Shown one piece after another: positions 25,729-35,231 of a DNA stretch of 64,000 nucleotides. The stretch is from Chloroflexota bacterium (lineage in GTDB: Bacteria; Chloroflexota; Dehalococcoidia; Lucifugimonadales; GCA-2722455). The position numbers and the translations under genes are program-made. The notes under the pieces were generated by a model that was given only the letters and a program-made list of their open reading frames with translations, was not told the DNA's origin and searched no databases. Each line of letters starts with the position of its first letter. Position 1 is the stretch's first letter. The DNA is taken from contig PBMB01000017.1 in NCBI GenBank assembly GCA_002722455.1, positions 140,897 through 204,896 of the forward strand. Reading direction: 5' to 3'.

Positions 25729-27157
25729 AACTAACCAAGATTTTAGATTCAGTGATTGTTCTGATGAAAAATATCATAAAGTGATTGATAAAATTTACAG
25801 CTTAGTAAATTTTGAGCACTCCGACATTGGGAAATCTAGGGATGAAATCCACCTTAAAAGAATCACTGATGCATGTCAGCTTTTAGGAAACCCTCAGAAA
25901 AAGGTACCCACTATTCATGTAGCGGGAACTAAAGGAAAAGGAAGTACCGCTGCATTGATAGCGGCAATATTGCAAGGAAGCGGCTATAAAGTTGGGTTGT
26001 ATACATCGCCACATTTACAGACCTTACGAGAAAGGATACAAATAAACTTTTCTCCTATAGGAGAAGGCTCTTTGGTCGAACTAGCCGAGAAAACATTTCC
26101 AATACTAGAAAAAAACTGGAAAACACAGAAGCCTCTGACTTTTTTTGAAACAATGACTCTTTTCAGTTTTGTGCATTTCGCTTCAAACAATGTTGATTTT
26201 CAGGTAATAGAAACTGGCATTGGAGGAAGACTAGACGCAACAAACGTTGTTGATCCCTGCTTATCAGTAATTACCCCTATTAGCATAGACCACACCAATC
26301 TTTTAGGGGAAACTGTTGAGTTAATTGCACAAGAAAAGGCGGGCATTATTAAGCCTGAAACACCCGTGGTAGTTTCTGGCCAGAAGGTAAAAGCACTTAA
26401 GGTTTTGTATAAAGTAGCAGGCAAGCAAAATGCAAGACTAATTAATACCCAATCAGAAATTAGAATAAAGACTATTAAGGAAAGCGCTAAAGGCCAGCAT
26501 ATAGAATATACGATGGGAGAAAACACTCTTCCTTGTTTTTTGCCCCTAATTGGCCAACATCAATCAGAAAACCTTGCAACAGCGTTGGTGGCGCTTAAAA
26601 CTTTAGGGGTAAGCCCAGAAAAAGGATTAAAAAAAGCTGTACGTTTTTTAAAATTGCCGGGGCGCCTACAGTTACTTGAAACTAAGTCGCGCTTATTTAT
26701 TCTCGATGTTGCTCACAACTCTATATCTATACAAAAACTGACCGCAACCATTAAAAAGACATTTAAAAACTATTCTTTCAATATAATTTTTGGCATGACA
26801 GCAGGGCATGACGCCGACAGTGTTTTGATAGAGCTGGCAAAACTCAACCCTACATTATTTCCTGTGGAACATTTTCACCCTAAGGCGGTTAATCCTGAAG
26901 ATATAGCACAGAAAGCCATTAGTCACGGAGTGAAAGTTTGTTACAATAAAAGTCAAAGTTCAATCGAGACAGTTTTAAAGAAAAATTTTTTACAAGCAAA
27001 AGAAAAAGATTTGGTGATAGTAACAGGGTCGTTTTCTGTTGTTGGTGAAGCGAAGGGAATCTTGAGGCCAAGTGAAGCTAAAGAAAACCTATATGAGCAC
27101 CAGCTCAACATTAATAAAATACTAAAAAAAAGGAGTCTTTTAGAAGACTATGACTGA
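25715..27157 (+). CDS. folC: Folylpolyglutamate synthase / dihydrofolate synthase
   Basis: Mur-ligase P-loop HVAGTKGKGST, then TSPHL and ETGIGGRLDATNV. The maximal ORF (25613) overlaps the GNAT gene by 116 nt. I prefer ATG 25715 (MSTPRTNQDF). Confidence 0.88.
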   Translation: MSTPRTNQDFRFSDCSDEKYHKVIDKIYSLVNFEHSDIGKSRDEIHLKRITDACQLLGNPQKKVPTIHVAGTKGKGSTAALIAAILQGSGYKVGLYTSPHLQTLRERIQINFSPIGEGSLVELAEKTFPILEKNWKTQKPLTFFETMTLFSFVHFASNNVDFQVIETGIGGRLDATNVVDPCLSVITPISIDHTNLLGETVELIAQEKAGIIKPETPVVVSGQKVKALKVLYKVAGKQNARLINTQSEIRIKTIKESAKGQHIEYTMGENTLPCFLPLIGQHQSENLATALVALKTLGVSPEKGLKKAVRFLKLPGRLQLLETKSRLFILDVAHNSISIQKLTATIKKTFKNYSFNIIFGMTAGHDADSVLIELAKLNPTLFPVEHFHPKAVNPEDIAQKAISHGVKVCYNKSQSSIETVLKKNFLQAKEKDLVIVTGSFSVVGEAKGILRPSEAKENLYEHQLNINKILKKRSLLEDYD

Positions 27158-28397
27158 GCTGAATAAAAGAAGAGTGGTTGTTACTGGCATTGGGCTAATT
27201 ACACCGCTGGGTAATGACACAGTAACTGTATGGAGCCATTTAATTGAAGGAAAATCTGGAGTTGATTATATTACGCAGTGTGAGTCAGACCCTTTTCCAA
27301 GCAAGGTTGCTGCCGAAGTCAAAGACTTTGACCCTTCAAAGTATATTTCGCCTAAAGAACATAAGCGAATGGCTAGGTTTTCTCAATTAGCAGTAGCCGC
27401 TGCTTGTATTGCTATAGAGCAAGCATCTATCGAAATTGGTCAAATAAATTCTGGTAGGATCGGCGTAGTAATTGGTAATGGCAATGGAGGTTTTCCGACA
27501 ATACAGTCTAATGCAAAAGACATGTTTTTTCGTGGACATATGAAAGTTAGTCCCTTTTTTATTCCAATGATTTTACCAAACATGGCTGCTGCAAACATTA
27601 GCAGAATCCTTGGGGTTAAAGGATATACATCTACGATAACAACAGCATGTGCAGCAGGAACACAAGCTGTTGGAGAGGCGGCAGAAGTAATCAAAAGAGG
27701 AGATGCTGATGTCATTTTGGCAGGTGGTTGTGAATCTGGTATAAGTGAGTTAGGGCTTTCTGGGTTTAACGTGATTAAAGCACTTACTCGGTGGGATGGA
27801 TTACCTAAACAAGCAAGCAAGCCATTTGATAAAAGAAGAGACGGGTTTGTTCCTGCAGAAGGGGCGGCTGTTTTAGTTCTTGAGGAAGAAAACCATGCTA
27901 TAGACCGAGGCGCAAAGCCCTTGGCTGTTGTTTTAGGGCAAGGGGTTTCTTCGGACGGGTTTCACCTTGTTCAGCCAGACGACCATGGGTCAGGTGCCGC
28001 TATGGCCATCGAGAATGCCTTATTCAACGCACAATGTTCTCCGGAAGACATTGACTATATTAATGCACATGGCACATCAACGCCGATGAATGATTTGGCA
28101 GAGACTAGGGCGATTAAAAAGTCTTTTGGGAAATATGCATATTCAGTCCCTGTAAGCTCAACTAAATCGATGTTAGGACACTGCCTAGGTGGTGCGGGCG
28201 CTATTGAGGCAGCAGTTTCGGTTCTTTCAATCTTAAACAATGAAATACACTCAACGATAAATTATGAAGAACCCGACCCAGAATGTGACCTTGACTATGT
28301 TGTTGAAGGTCCACGGAAAAAAACAATTAACACAGTATTGTCAAACAGCTTTGGATTTGGAGGACAAAACGCATGTGTTATTTTACAAAAGATTTGA
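27150..28397 (+). CDS. fabF: 3-oxoacyl-ACP synthase II
   Basis: 415 aa. Active-site Cys in ITTACAAGTQA and the His pair in INAHGTSTP and KSMLGHCLGGAG. The start overlaps the folC stop by 8 nt. Confidence 0.95.
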   Translation: MTELNKRRVVVTGIGLITPLGNDTVTVWSHLIEGKSGVDYITQCESDPFPSKVAAEVKDFDPSKYISPKEHKRMARFSQLAVAAACIAIEQASIEIGQINSGRIGVVIGNGNGGFPTIQSNAKDMFFRGHMKVSPFFIPMILPNMAAANISRILGVKGYTSTITTACAAGTQAVGEAAEVIKRGDADVILAGGCESGISELGLSGFNVIKALTRWDGLPKQASKPFDKRRDGFVPAEGAAVLVLEEENHAIDRGAKPLAVVLGQGVSSDGFHLVQPDDHGSGAAMAIENALFNAQCSPEDIDYINAHGTSTPMNDLAETRAIKKSFGKYAYSVPVSSTKSMLGHCLGGAGAIEAAVSVLSILNNEIHSTINYEEPDPECDLDYVVEGPRKKTINTVLSNSFGFGGQNACVILQKI

Positions 28398-28410
28398 AGC
28401 CAGGCAAGAG

Positions 28411-28821
28411 ATGAGTAAAACGAAAAAAATATATGTGTCGGAGTATACTGAAGAAATATTGTCAGTTCCAAAGGCACATATAAAACTTGAACTCTTACAG
28501 GATTCTACAGGACTAAAGCTGACACATAATCAACAGCTTTTGATTTCTACAGACCTTTCTATAGAAGGAATGAAGGCTGGAATTTTAATGTCGCTTGCTT
28601 TAGGGATAGACCTTCCTCCAGAGAATCAAACAGTTAGGGTTAATGTTACCTCTGGTATTTTACATAAAGTTATATCTGTTGTGTCGGTTGATTTTGATAC
28701 AGAAGGAGCAGACCAAGTACTACAAGCCTTGCTTGAAGAAATTGACACAATGCAAGCTGTTGCAAGAACATCTCCCTCTTCTCATTCTTCAAATAAAAAA
28801 GCACCAGGAGATGCAGGTTGA
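28411..28821 (+). CDS. Hypothetical protein (136 aa), translationally coupled to the following hotdog pair
   Basis: ATG at 28411, 14 nt after the fabF stop. The upstream part of the listed ORF (28264) lies inside fabF. I recognise no family motif. Its stop overlaps the next start (TTGA at 28818..28821). Confidence 0.5.
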   Translation: MSKTKKIYVSEYTEEILSVPKAHIKLELLQDSTGLKLTHNQQLLISTDLSIEGMKAGILMSLALGIDLPPENQTVRVNVTSGILHKVISVVSVDFDTEGADQVLQALLEEIDTMQAVARTSPSSHSSNKKAPGDAG

Positions 28822-29228
28822 TAGACTTTACTCAGATTTCAGAAGGGAAAACTGTCGTAGCTAAACAGATATTGTTTTCTGAACAAGATGTTATTCGGTT
28901 TTTATGTGCCTCTGGAGGTAACGTCGGCTCCTATAAGAATGAAGAAAACATGCTTGAAATACCGTCTATATTAATGGCTGGGAAAGCTTTAGGCACAATG
29001 TTGGGAGAAACAGGAATTCCAAAAGGAACGCTGCATACAACACAAAGGATTGAGCAGTTTCTTAGGGTGAATAGCGACAGTAATTTAATGATGGAGGCGA
29101 TAGTTACAAAAAACAAAAAGCGAGCAGGTGCAAGGTTTTTAACAATTGAAATTGTCTTATACGGTTCAAATGGAGAAAAAATTTTGTTTACGAGCAGCGG
29201 GCTTATTATTAGGTCAGAAGGTGTTTAG
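28818..29228 (+). CDS. Hotdog-fold protein resembling the non-catalytic N-terminal half of MaoC dehydratases (HadA-like)
   Basis: 136 aa. The long central segment followed by HTTQRIEQFLRVNSDSNLMMEAIV...RFLTIEIVLYGSNGEKILFTSSGLIIR looks like a hotdog sheet. It has no D-x-N-P-x-H hydratase motif. The assignment is by resemblance only. Confidence 0.45.
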   Translation: MIDFTQISEGKTVVAKQILFSEQDVIRFLCASGGNVGSYKNEENMLEIPSILMAGKALGTMLGETGIPKGTLHTTQRIEQFLRVNSDSNLMMEAIVTKNKKRAGARFLTIEIVLYGSNGEKILFTSSGLIIRSEGV

Positions 29229-29231
29229 TTA

Positions 29232-29573
29232 ATGAGCGAAGTTCGCAAAATTCAAATTTCACAAGACATGGTTAATGACTATGCACGTATTTCTGGAGAC
29301 GATAACCCGATACACCAAGACCCTTCCTTTGCTAGAGACGAAGGCTTTGACACCACTATCGTGCATGGCATGTTTGTTTTGTCGTTGATGGGGGAGTATT
29401 TTAGTGTTAGCAGTAAATTTGATACGCAGTCAAAATTACTGCTAAACGCAAGGTTTAAGAAGCCTGTTTATGTTGATGAAGAAATAACTTTTTTTATTGA
29501 GAATAAAGAGAAAATAATTGCTAAAAATAGTACAAATGAAATATGTGTGGAAGTAGTTGTGTCTAACGTTTAA
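29232..29573 (+). CDS. MaoC-like (R)-specific enoyl / 3-hydroxyacyl dehydratase, catalytic hotdog subunit (HadB-like)
   Basis: 113 aa with the hydratase-2 motif YARISGDDNPIHQDPSFA (catalytic Asp and His). Starts 3 nt after the preceding stop. Confidence 0.8.
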   Translation: MSEVRKIQISQDMVNDYARISGDDNPIHQDPSFARDEGFDTTIVHGMFVLSLMGEYFSVSSKFDTQSKLLLNARFKKPVYVDEEITFFIENKEKIIAKNSTNEICVEVVVSNV

Positions 29574-29620
29574 AATTTTCGAAAAGAACAAATAAAGTAC
29601 AGTGAATTCGGGAGGTCAAA

Positions 29621-30613
29621 ATGATCAGTGTTGCACTAGATGCTATGGGCGGAGATAATGCGCCAGAAGAAATTGTAAGAGGGGCTATTAAGGCCGCAAA
29701 AACTGGACAATTTAAAATTGCCTTGGTTGGAGACCCCAATATCCTCGAGGGCCTCTTATCAAAGGAGCAAGCAACCGGCTTGCCGATACAGGTTGTGGCT
29801 TCAGAGGGCGTTATTTTTGAAGGTGAATCCCCAATTGAGTCTCTTAAGTCAAAGCCACGAGCTTCCGTTTCTGTTTGTATCGGATTATTGAGACATAAAA
29901 AAGTTGACGGAGTAATCACTATGGGGTCAACAGGAGGGGCTATGGCATCAAGTGTTTTTCAGTTGGGGTTAATAGACGGAGTTGAAAGACCAGCAATTGG
30001 CGGAGAAATTATTGGATTTTCTCCTCGGACTATGCTTTTAGATTTAGGAAGCAATGTAGATTGCCGGCCTGCACACATGCTTAATTTCGCTGTTATGGGG
30101 TCAGTTTTTGCAAATGCGAGGTGGTCTATAGGTAATCCGACGGTTGGAATACTCAGTATTGGTGCAGAATCAGGAAAAGGAAATAAACTGGTTAAAGAAA
30201 CAATTGCTAAGTTTGAAGAATTTAGCCAAATTAATTTTATTGGTAATGTTGAACCTAATGAATTGTTAAATACACCTGCTAATGTGGTGGTGTGCGACGG
30301 ATTTGTTGGCAACGTGATTTTAAAGTTGACTGAAGGGCTTGGCATTGCTGTTTGTGATTACATTCAAGATCACTATAGCTCAATGGTTGATGAAAAAACC
30401 CTTAGTATGATTAAAGAAGATGTTTTTCAAAGAACCAATGTTGTTGAAACATTTGGAGGGGGCCCGATATTGGGAGTTAAAGGCTTGGTTGTTGTTGGCC
30501 ACGGAAAGGCACAAGCTAGTGCAGTTGCTAATGCATTTGGCACGGTTAAGTGGATGGTTGAGTCTAAATACACTGATAAATTGGAAACCGAGTTAGCCAA
30601 AGTATCTAAATAA
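29621..30613 (+). CDS. plsX: Phosphate acyltransferase PlsX
   Basis: 330 aa. N-terminus MISVALDAMGGDNAPEEIVRGA is typical of PlsX. Also GSTGA-like MGSTGGAM and CDGFVGNV. RBS GGGAGG upstream. Confidence 0.93.
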   Translation: MISVALDAMGGDNAPEEIVRGAIKAAKTGQFKIALVGDPNILEGLLSKEQATGLPIQVVASEGVIFEGESPIESLKSKPRASVSVCIGLLRHKKVDGVITMGSTGGAMASSVFQLGLIDGVERPAIGGEIIGFSPRTMLLDLGSNVDCRPAHMLNFAVMGSVFANARWSIGNPTVGILSIGAESGKGNKLVKETIAKFEEFSQINFIGNVEPNELLNTPANVVVCDGFVGNVILKLTEGLGIAVCDYIQDHYSSMVDEKTLSMIKEDVFQRTNVVETFGGGPILGVKGLVVVGHGKAQASAVANAFGTVKWMVESKYTDKLETELAKVSK

Positions 30614-30679
30614 AGCCAAGAAATATTTAACAGGGTATAGTATTCTGTTTATTGAGATTTTGGACAAGGAGCAAGAAAA

Positions 30680-31423
30680 GTGACAGAAAAACCAAAAACT
30701 GCGTTAATTACTGGTGGTGCCAAGGGGCTCGGTCGTGCAGTTGCCGTTGCTTTGGCTAAAGAGGGGATTAATGTCATAATTAATTACAAGTCTTCCAAGG
30801 TAGAGGCTGATGATGTTGCTAAACGTATTCAGAATGACGGAGGAGTAGCAAGAACTATTCAATTTGATGTAGCTGATGTAAGCCAAGTTGACGCGAAGAT
30901 TAAAGAGGTAAGCGAGGAAGTTGGGGGCATTGATATTTTAGTGAATAATGCAGGGATTATACAAGACGGATTAGTTTTAAGAATGGACAATTCATCTTGG
31001 GCAAATGTTATAGAGACAAATCTCAGTGGGGCATTTTTTTGTTCTAGGGCAGTGTTGAGGAAAATGGTGTCGAATAGATGGGGAAGAATCATTAATATAG
31101 GCTCTGTGGTGGGGGATAGAGGAAATGCAGGACAAGTTAACTATAGTGCTTCTAAGGCAGGGCTTATTGGTTTTACTAAAGCATTGTCTAAGGAATTGGC
31201 AGCACGAAATATTACTGTGAACATTGTGAACCCAGGATACGTTGAAACTGAAACAACATCGGTTTTAACGGAACAACAAAAGAATCAATGGTTAAGCTTA
31301 ATACCCGTAGGGCGCTTTGGGGAGTCTGAAGAGATTGCCAACCTTGTTGCATTTTTAGCAAGCAACAAAGCATCCTATATTACAGGACAAGTTATTGCAA
31401 TTGATGGAGGCCTTTCGGTTTAA
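30680..31423 (+). CDS. fabG: 3-oxoacyl-ACP reductase
   Basis: 247-aa SDR. TGGAKGLGRA, NNAGI and the catalytic YSASKAG motif. GTG start with AAGGAG 8 nt upstream. Confidence 0.9.
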   Translation: MTEKPKTALITGGAKGLGRAVAVALAKEGINVIINYKSSKVEADDVAKRIQNDGGVARTIQFDVADVSQVDAKIKEVSEEVGGIDILVNNAGIIQDGLVLRMDNSSWANVIETNLSGAFFCSRAVLRKMVSNRWGRIINIGSVVGDRGNAGQVNYSASKAGLIGFTKALSKELAARNITVNIVNPGYVETETTSVLTEQQKNQWLSLIPVGRFGESEEIANLVAFLASNKASYITGQVIAIDGGLSV

Positions 31424-31463
31424 ATCACAATTTTTAATAGGATAATGCATTATAAGGTGTTAT

Positions 31464-32204
31464 ATGGTAAAGCGAAAAGCATTGGTTACAGGAGGGTCCA
31501 GGGGGATAGGAAGAGCTATCGCTCTAGAGCTTGCTGAGCAGGGAGTGGATATAGTTTTTAATTATATCCGAGGACATGAAGATGCTCGTAAAACACAACA
31601 AGACATCCAGTCTAAGGGTGTAAGATGCGAAATTATCAAAGCTAATCTTGCTGAGTCTAGTGGCATAGAAATACTATTTGATTTTATTTCAGAAAAATTT
31701 CAACAATTAGATATTTTAATAAACAATGCAGCGACAGGGATAAATAAACCAGCCTCGGAGTTAAAAGAAAAACATTGGGACTGGGTTATGAGTGTGAATG
31801 CACGTGCTCCTTGGTTGTGTGCTATTAAAGCATCTGAGTTAATGGTAAATGGTGGAAGCATAATCAACATTAGCAGCCTTGGAGCAACGAAAGTTATTGA
31901 TGATTATTTTTCAGTTGGTGTATCTAAGTCTGCGTTAGAGTCAATTACAAGATATTTAGCGGTTGAAATGGCACCAAAAGGAATTTCTGTGAATGCTGTT
32001 TCAGGCGGTTTGGTTCACACTGATGCACTAAATTCTTTTGCCAGACAATCACAAATGATGGACAAAGGAAAGAGAACCCTTGTGGATAGATTAGTTTTAC
32101 CTGAAGAAATTGCAAAAGTTGTAGTTTTCTTGTGTACTCCGTCTGCGTCTATGATTCGAGGACAAGTGATAGTTGTCGACGGAGGTCTTTCCCTCAGTGT
32201 CTGA
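31464..32204 (+). CDS. fabL: Enoyl-ACP reductase III (FabL-like SDR)
   Basis: 246 aa. Runs of identity to Bacillus FabL as I remember it: ALVTGGSRGIG, HWDW, VGVSKSALE..TRYLAVE, VNAVSGG...TDAL, MIRGQ.I.VDGG.SL. Confidence 0.7.
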   Translation: MVKRKALVTGGSRGIGRAIALELAEQGVDIVFNYIRGHEDARKTQQDIQSKGVRCEIIKANLAESSGIEILFDFISEKFQQLDILINNAATGINKPASELKEKHWDWVMSVNARAPWLCAIKASELMVNGGSIINISSLGATKVIDDYFSVGVSKSALESITRYLAVEMAPKGISVNAVSGGLVHTDALNSFARQSQMMDKGKRTLVDRLVLPEEIAKVVVFLCTPSASMIRGQVIVVDGGLSLSV

Positions 32205-32215
32205 TTGATACTAAT

Positions 32216-33190
32216 TTATAGAATGTCAATCTTTGCCAAATTTTTCTGAATAGCTAAGAATAGACTTGGGGTTTTTAGCGCTTTTTTGTTTAAATATCCA
32301 AGGCCGATACACTGACCCATAGAGTTAAGGACTGACATCGATGTTAATTTACCGACTTCTTTATTAGATTCGTCTACAATAACATTGTTGGAAGGAGGGA
32401 TGCTTGAGTTCCATTTAATTTTTATTAAAGACCTTTTAACTTTGTCATATGTATTTAGCCTAGCAATTACTTCTTGGCCAATATAGCAACCTTTTTGAAA
32501 ATTAATAGACTTAATTAGCCCAGCTTCTAACGGATTATATTCTTGTGTGAGTTCATGGCCGAGCATAGGTATTCCTTCATTGATGCGAACTGCGTTAAGT
32601 GTTAGGTCAGATGGGTTTTCTATATCGAAAGAACTAGACATAATTTTGTTCCAAATAAAGTTTTGATTTTCATTCTCTACAATGATGTCTGCCCCAAGCA
32701 CACTATGGCTATCAGATCGGATAATGGAAACATCAATATTTTCGAATTGTGTTTTTGTCAGTTCGTTTTTGTCTAATGCAAAAATATCTAACGAAAAAAA
32801 ACTTTTTAAGAAATCAAATGTTTTGGGCCCAGCAATACCAATCATAGCAGTTGAAGCCGAAATGTCATTTATGGCCACATCTTCTCCAAATGTATAATAG
32901 TCAATCCAAGATGCGACAGTGTCCTGATTGTTTTTAGAAGTAATAACGAGTAGACCCTTATCAGTAGAGTAAACATATAGCAGGTCAATAATGCGTCCCT
33001 TATTAGTCGTTATGACGGTTTGAACACCGGTGTTTAATGGCAAGCCAATTATTTTATTAGTAGTTAATCTCTCTAAGAGGTCTGGTGCTTCTGTACCTGT
33101 AATTAATAAACGACCCAAATCTGACTTGTCGAAAGCAGCTATTTCTTGATAGAACGCTTGATATTCTAAATTTTCAGAGAGGAAAGACAT
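32216..33190 (-). CDS. ygfZ: Folate-binding YgfZ / GcvT-family protein (Fe-S cluster repair)
   Basis: 324 aa with a GcvT-like fold and the YgfZ signature KGCYIGQE (FQKGCYIGQEVIARL). Confidence 0.8.
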   Translation of the reverse strand: MSFLSENLEYQAFYQEIAAFDKSDLGRLLITGTEAPDLLERLTTNKIIGLPLNTGVQTVITTNKGRIIDLLYVYSTDKGLLVITSKNNQDTVASWIDYYTFGEDVAINDISASTAMIGIAGPKTFDFLKSFFSLDIFALDKNELTKTQFENIDVSIIRSDSHSVLGADIIVENENQNFIWNKIMSSSFDIENPSDLTLNAVRINEGIPMLGHELTQEYNPLEAGLIKSINFQKGCYIGQEVIARLNTYDKVKRSLIKIKWNSSIPPSNNVIVDESNKEVGKLTSMSVLNSMGQCIGLGYLNKKALKTPSLFLAIQKNLAKIDIL

Positions 33191-33233
33191 GAGTATAACC
33201 TAAGAAAACAGACAGGGTTTAATGGGGGGTGAT

Positions 33234-33581
33234 TTAAACCCCAAATGATGTTCCACACCCACAAGCTGTTTTAGCATTTGGGTTATTGAACACAAACCCT
33301 TTTCCATTAAGGCCCCCAGAATAATCTAGTGTGGTACCGGCTAAAAAGACATAAGATTTTTTATCTACTCCCAATTTAAGACCGTGGACTTCAATGATTT
33401 TGTCGTCTGGCAGGAAAGTTTCTACCAAATCTAAAACATAAGTTAATCCAGAGCAACCACCACCTTTTACAGAAACCCGCATAGAAGAATCAGGTTTTCC
33501 TGAAGATGTTGCAAATTCACGTACATGCTCTGCTGCAGTTTTAGTAATATTAATAGTTAAGGGTTTTTTTTGGTTTTCCAT
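33234..33581 (-). CDS. A-type iron-sulfur carrier (HesB/IscA/ErpA/SufA family)
   Basis: 115 aa. GGCSG motif and C-terminal CGCGTSF cysteine triad. Confidence 0.88.
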   Translation of the reverse strand: MENQKKPLTINITKTAAEHVREFATSSGKPDSSMRVSVKGGGCSGLTYVLDLVETFLPDDKIIEVHGLKLGVDKKSYVFLAGTTLDYSGGLNGKGFVFNNPNAKTACGCGTSFGV

Positions 33582-33647
33582 AATTTCTTTATAGATTCTA
33601 TTTAGTATTTAAATTTTAGTAATTAAAATGGAAATATGTCAATGTGA

Positions 33648-35060
33648 TTAAGGATGATATACTACCATTTTCAATTCTGTCATTTCTTGTATAGCATATT
33701 TTGGGCCTTCTTTACCCATGCCGCTATCTTTCAGGCCTCCATATGGCATTAAGTCCGCTCTCCATTGGGGTCCAGAATTAATCATCAGGTTCCCTGAGTC
33801 TACTTCTTGGATAAATTTCATTGCCCAATCAATGTTTTGTGTAAATATACCTGCACTGAGACCATAATTAGAGTCGTTAGCTAATTCAATTGCTTGCTCA
33901 ATGTTTGTAAACGGAGTTACGGCTACAGCAGGACCAAATAGTTCTTCGCATGAAATAGTCATGTCAGGAGACACGTCAACCACAACCGTTGGTTGATGTA
34001 GCGCTCCCTGATATTCTCCTCCGGTGGTTGTTCTTGCTCCATTACTAGTAGCCTCTTTAATCCAACTATTTACCCTGGTTGCATCTTGCGATCGTACCAT
34101 TGGGCCCATTTTAATTTCGGGGTCTAATTGATTTCCAGTTGAGATGTTTTCAACATTTTCGGTTAAAGCATCCACAAAATCAGAATAGATATCCTTGTTA
34201 GTAAGTATTCTTTGGGCAGAAATACACACTTGTCCAGCATTAGAAAACCCACTTGAAACCGTAGCTTTAACAACTTTATCGATATCGGCATCTGGCATTA
34301 TGATAAGAGGCGCGTTAGACCCGAGCTCCATTGTTACACGCTTTAATCCAGCGGTTCTACAAATATGTTCTCCTACTTCTTTACTTCCAGTAAAAGTGAT
34401 TTTGCGTATTCGGCTATCTTGAGTTAGGTGGTCTCCAATTGTTTTGCCGGATCCTGTTATACATTGTATTCCTTCAGGAGGCAATCCTGCATCTAGCATT
34501 ATTTCCGTTAGTTTTAATGCAGACAACGGAGTGTCTGTGGCAGGCTTTATTATGACTGAGTTACCTCCTGCAATGGCAGGCCCAACTTTATGACAAACAA
34601 GATTTAAAGGGAAATTAAATGGAGTAATCGCGGCAACCACCCCACATGGGACTCTCAAGGTGAACCCAATCTGTCCTGTCCATGTAGGTGCTGCATCTAG
34701 AGGAATTGTTTCACCATTAAGACGCTTGGCTTCTTCCGCAGAATTAATCATAGTTTGTGTGGCCCTGTCTACTTCCATTAGGCCTTCAGCAAGGATTTTA
34801 CCTTCTTCTAATGAAATTGTTTTTCCAATATCTTCTTTTCTGTCTAGCAACAACTGTGCAGCCTTGCTTAATATCGTATACCGGTCATATCCGGATAATT
34901 TGGCCATATCTGACTTTCCGTGAACTGCACTTGAAATAGCTTCTGAAATATTTCCTGGCGTTGCTTTTGGAACTGTATCAATTATGGAATTGTCAAAAGG
35001 ATTAATAACTTCAATCTGTTCGGAAGCGTCTACCCACTTTCCGCCTATGTACATTTTCAT
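33648..35060 (-). CDS. NAD(P)-dependent aldehyde dehydrogenase family protein
   Basis: 470 aa. ELGSNAP (catalytic Glu), FSNAGQVCISAQR (catalytic Cys), and GSKEVG and PYGG.KDSG motifs. Substrate unknown. Confidence 0.88.
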   Translation of the reverse strand: MKMYIGGKWVDASEQIEVINPFDNSIIDTVPKATPGNISEAISSAVHGKSDMAKLSGYDRYTILSKAAQLLLDRKEDIGKTISLEEGKILAEGLMEVDRATQTMINSAEEAKRLNGETIPLDAAPTWTGQIGFTLRVPCGVVAAITPFNFPLNLVCHKVGPAIAGGNSVIIKPATDTPLSALKLTEIMLDAGLPPEGIQCITGSGKTIGDHLTQDSRIRKITFTGSKEVGEHICRTAGLKRVTMELGSNAPLIIMPDADIDKVVKATVSSGFSNAGQVCISAQRILTNKDIYSDFVDALTENVENISTGNQLDPEIKMGPMVRSQDATRVNSWIKEATSNGARTTTGGEYQGALHQPTVVVDVSPDMTISCEELFGPAVAVTPFTNIEQAIELANDSNYGLSAGIFTQNIDWAMKFIQEVDSGNLMINSGPQWRADLMPYGGLKDSGMGKEGPKYAIQEMTELKMVVYHP

Positions 35061-35231
35061 TATGTGTCTCCAAAAAATTTATTGAATCTAAATAATAACC
35101 TCGACCAAGTATATTGACAAGAACTATTTTAAAGAACACATAGTTATGTTTCTAAAATTTGATTCGTGTAGATGGATGTTTTAAGATACAATACATTTTT
35201 ATATATATTTTGCTGATATACGAGGAGATAA

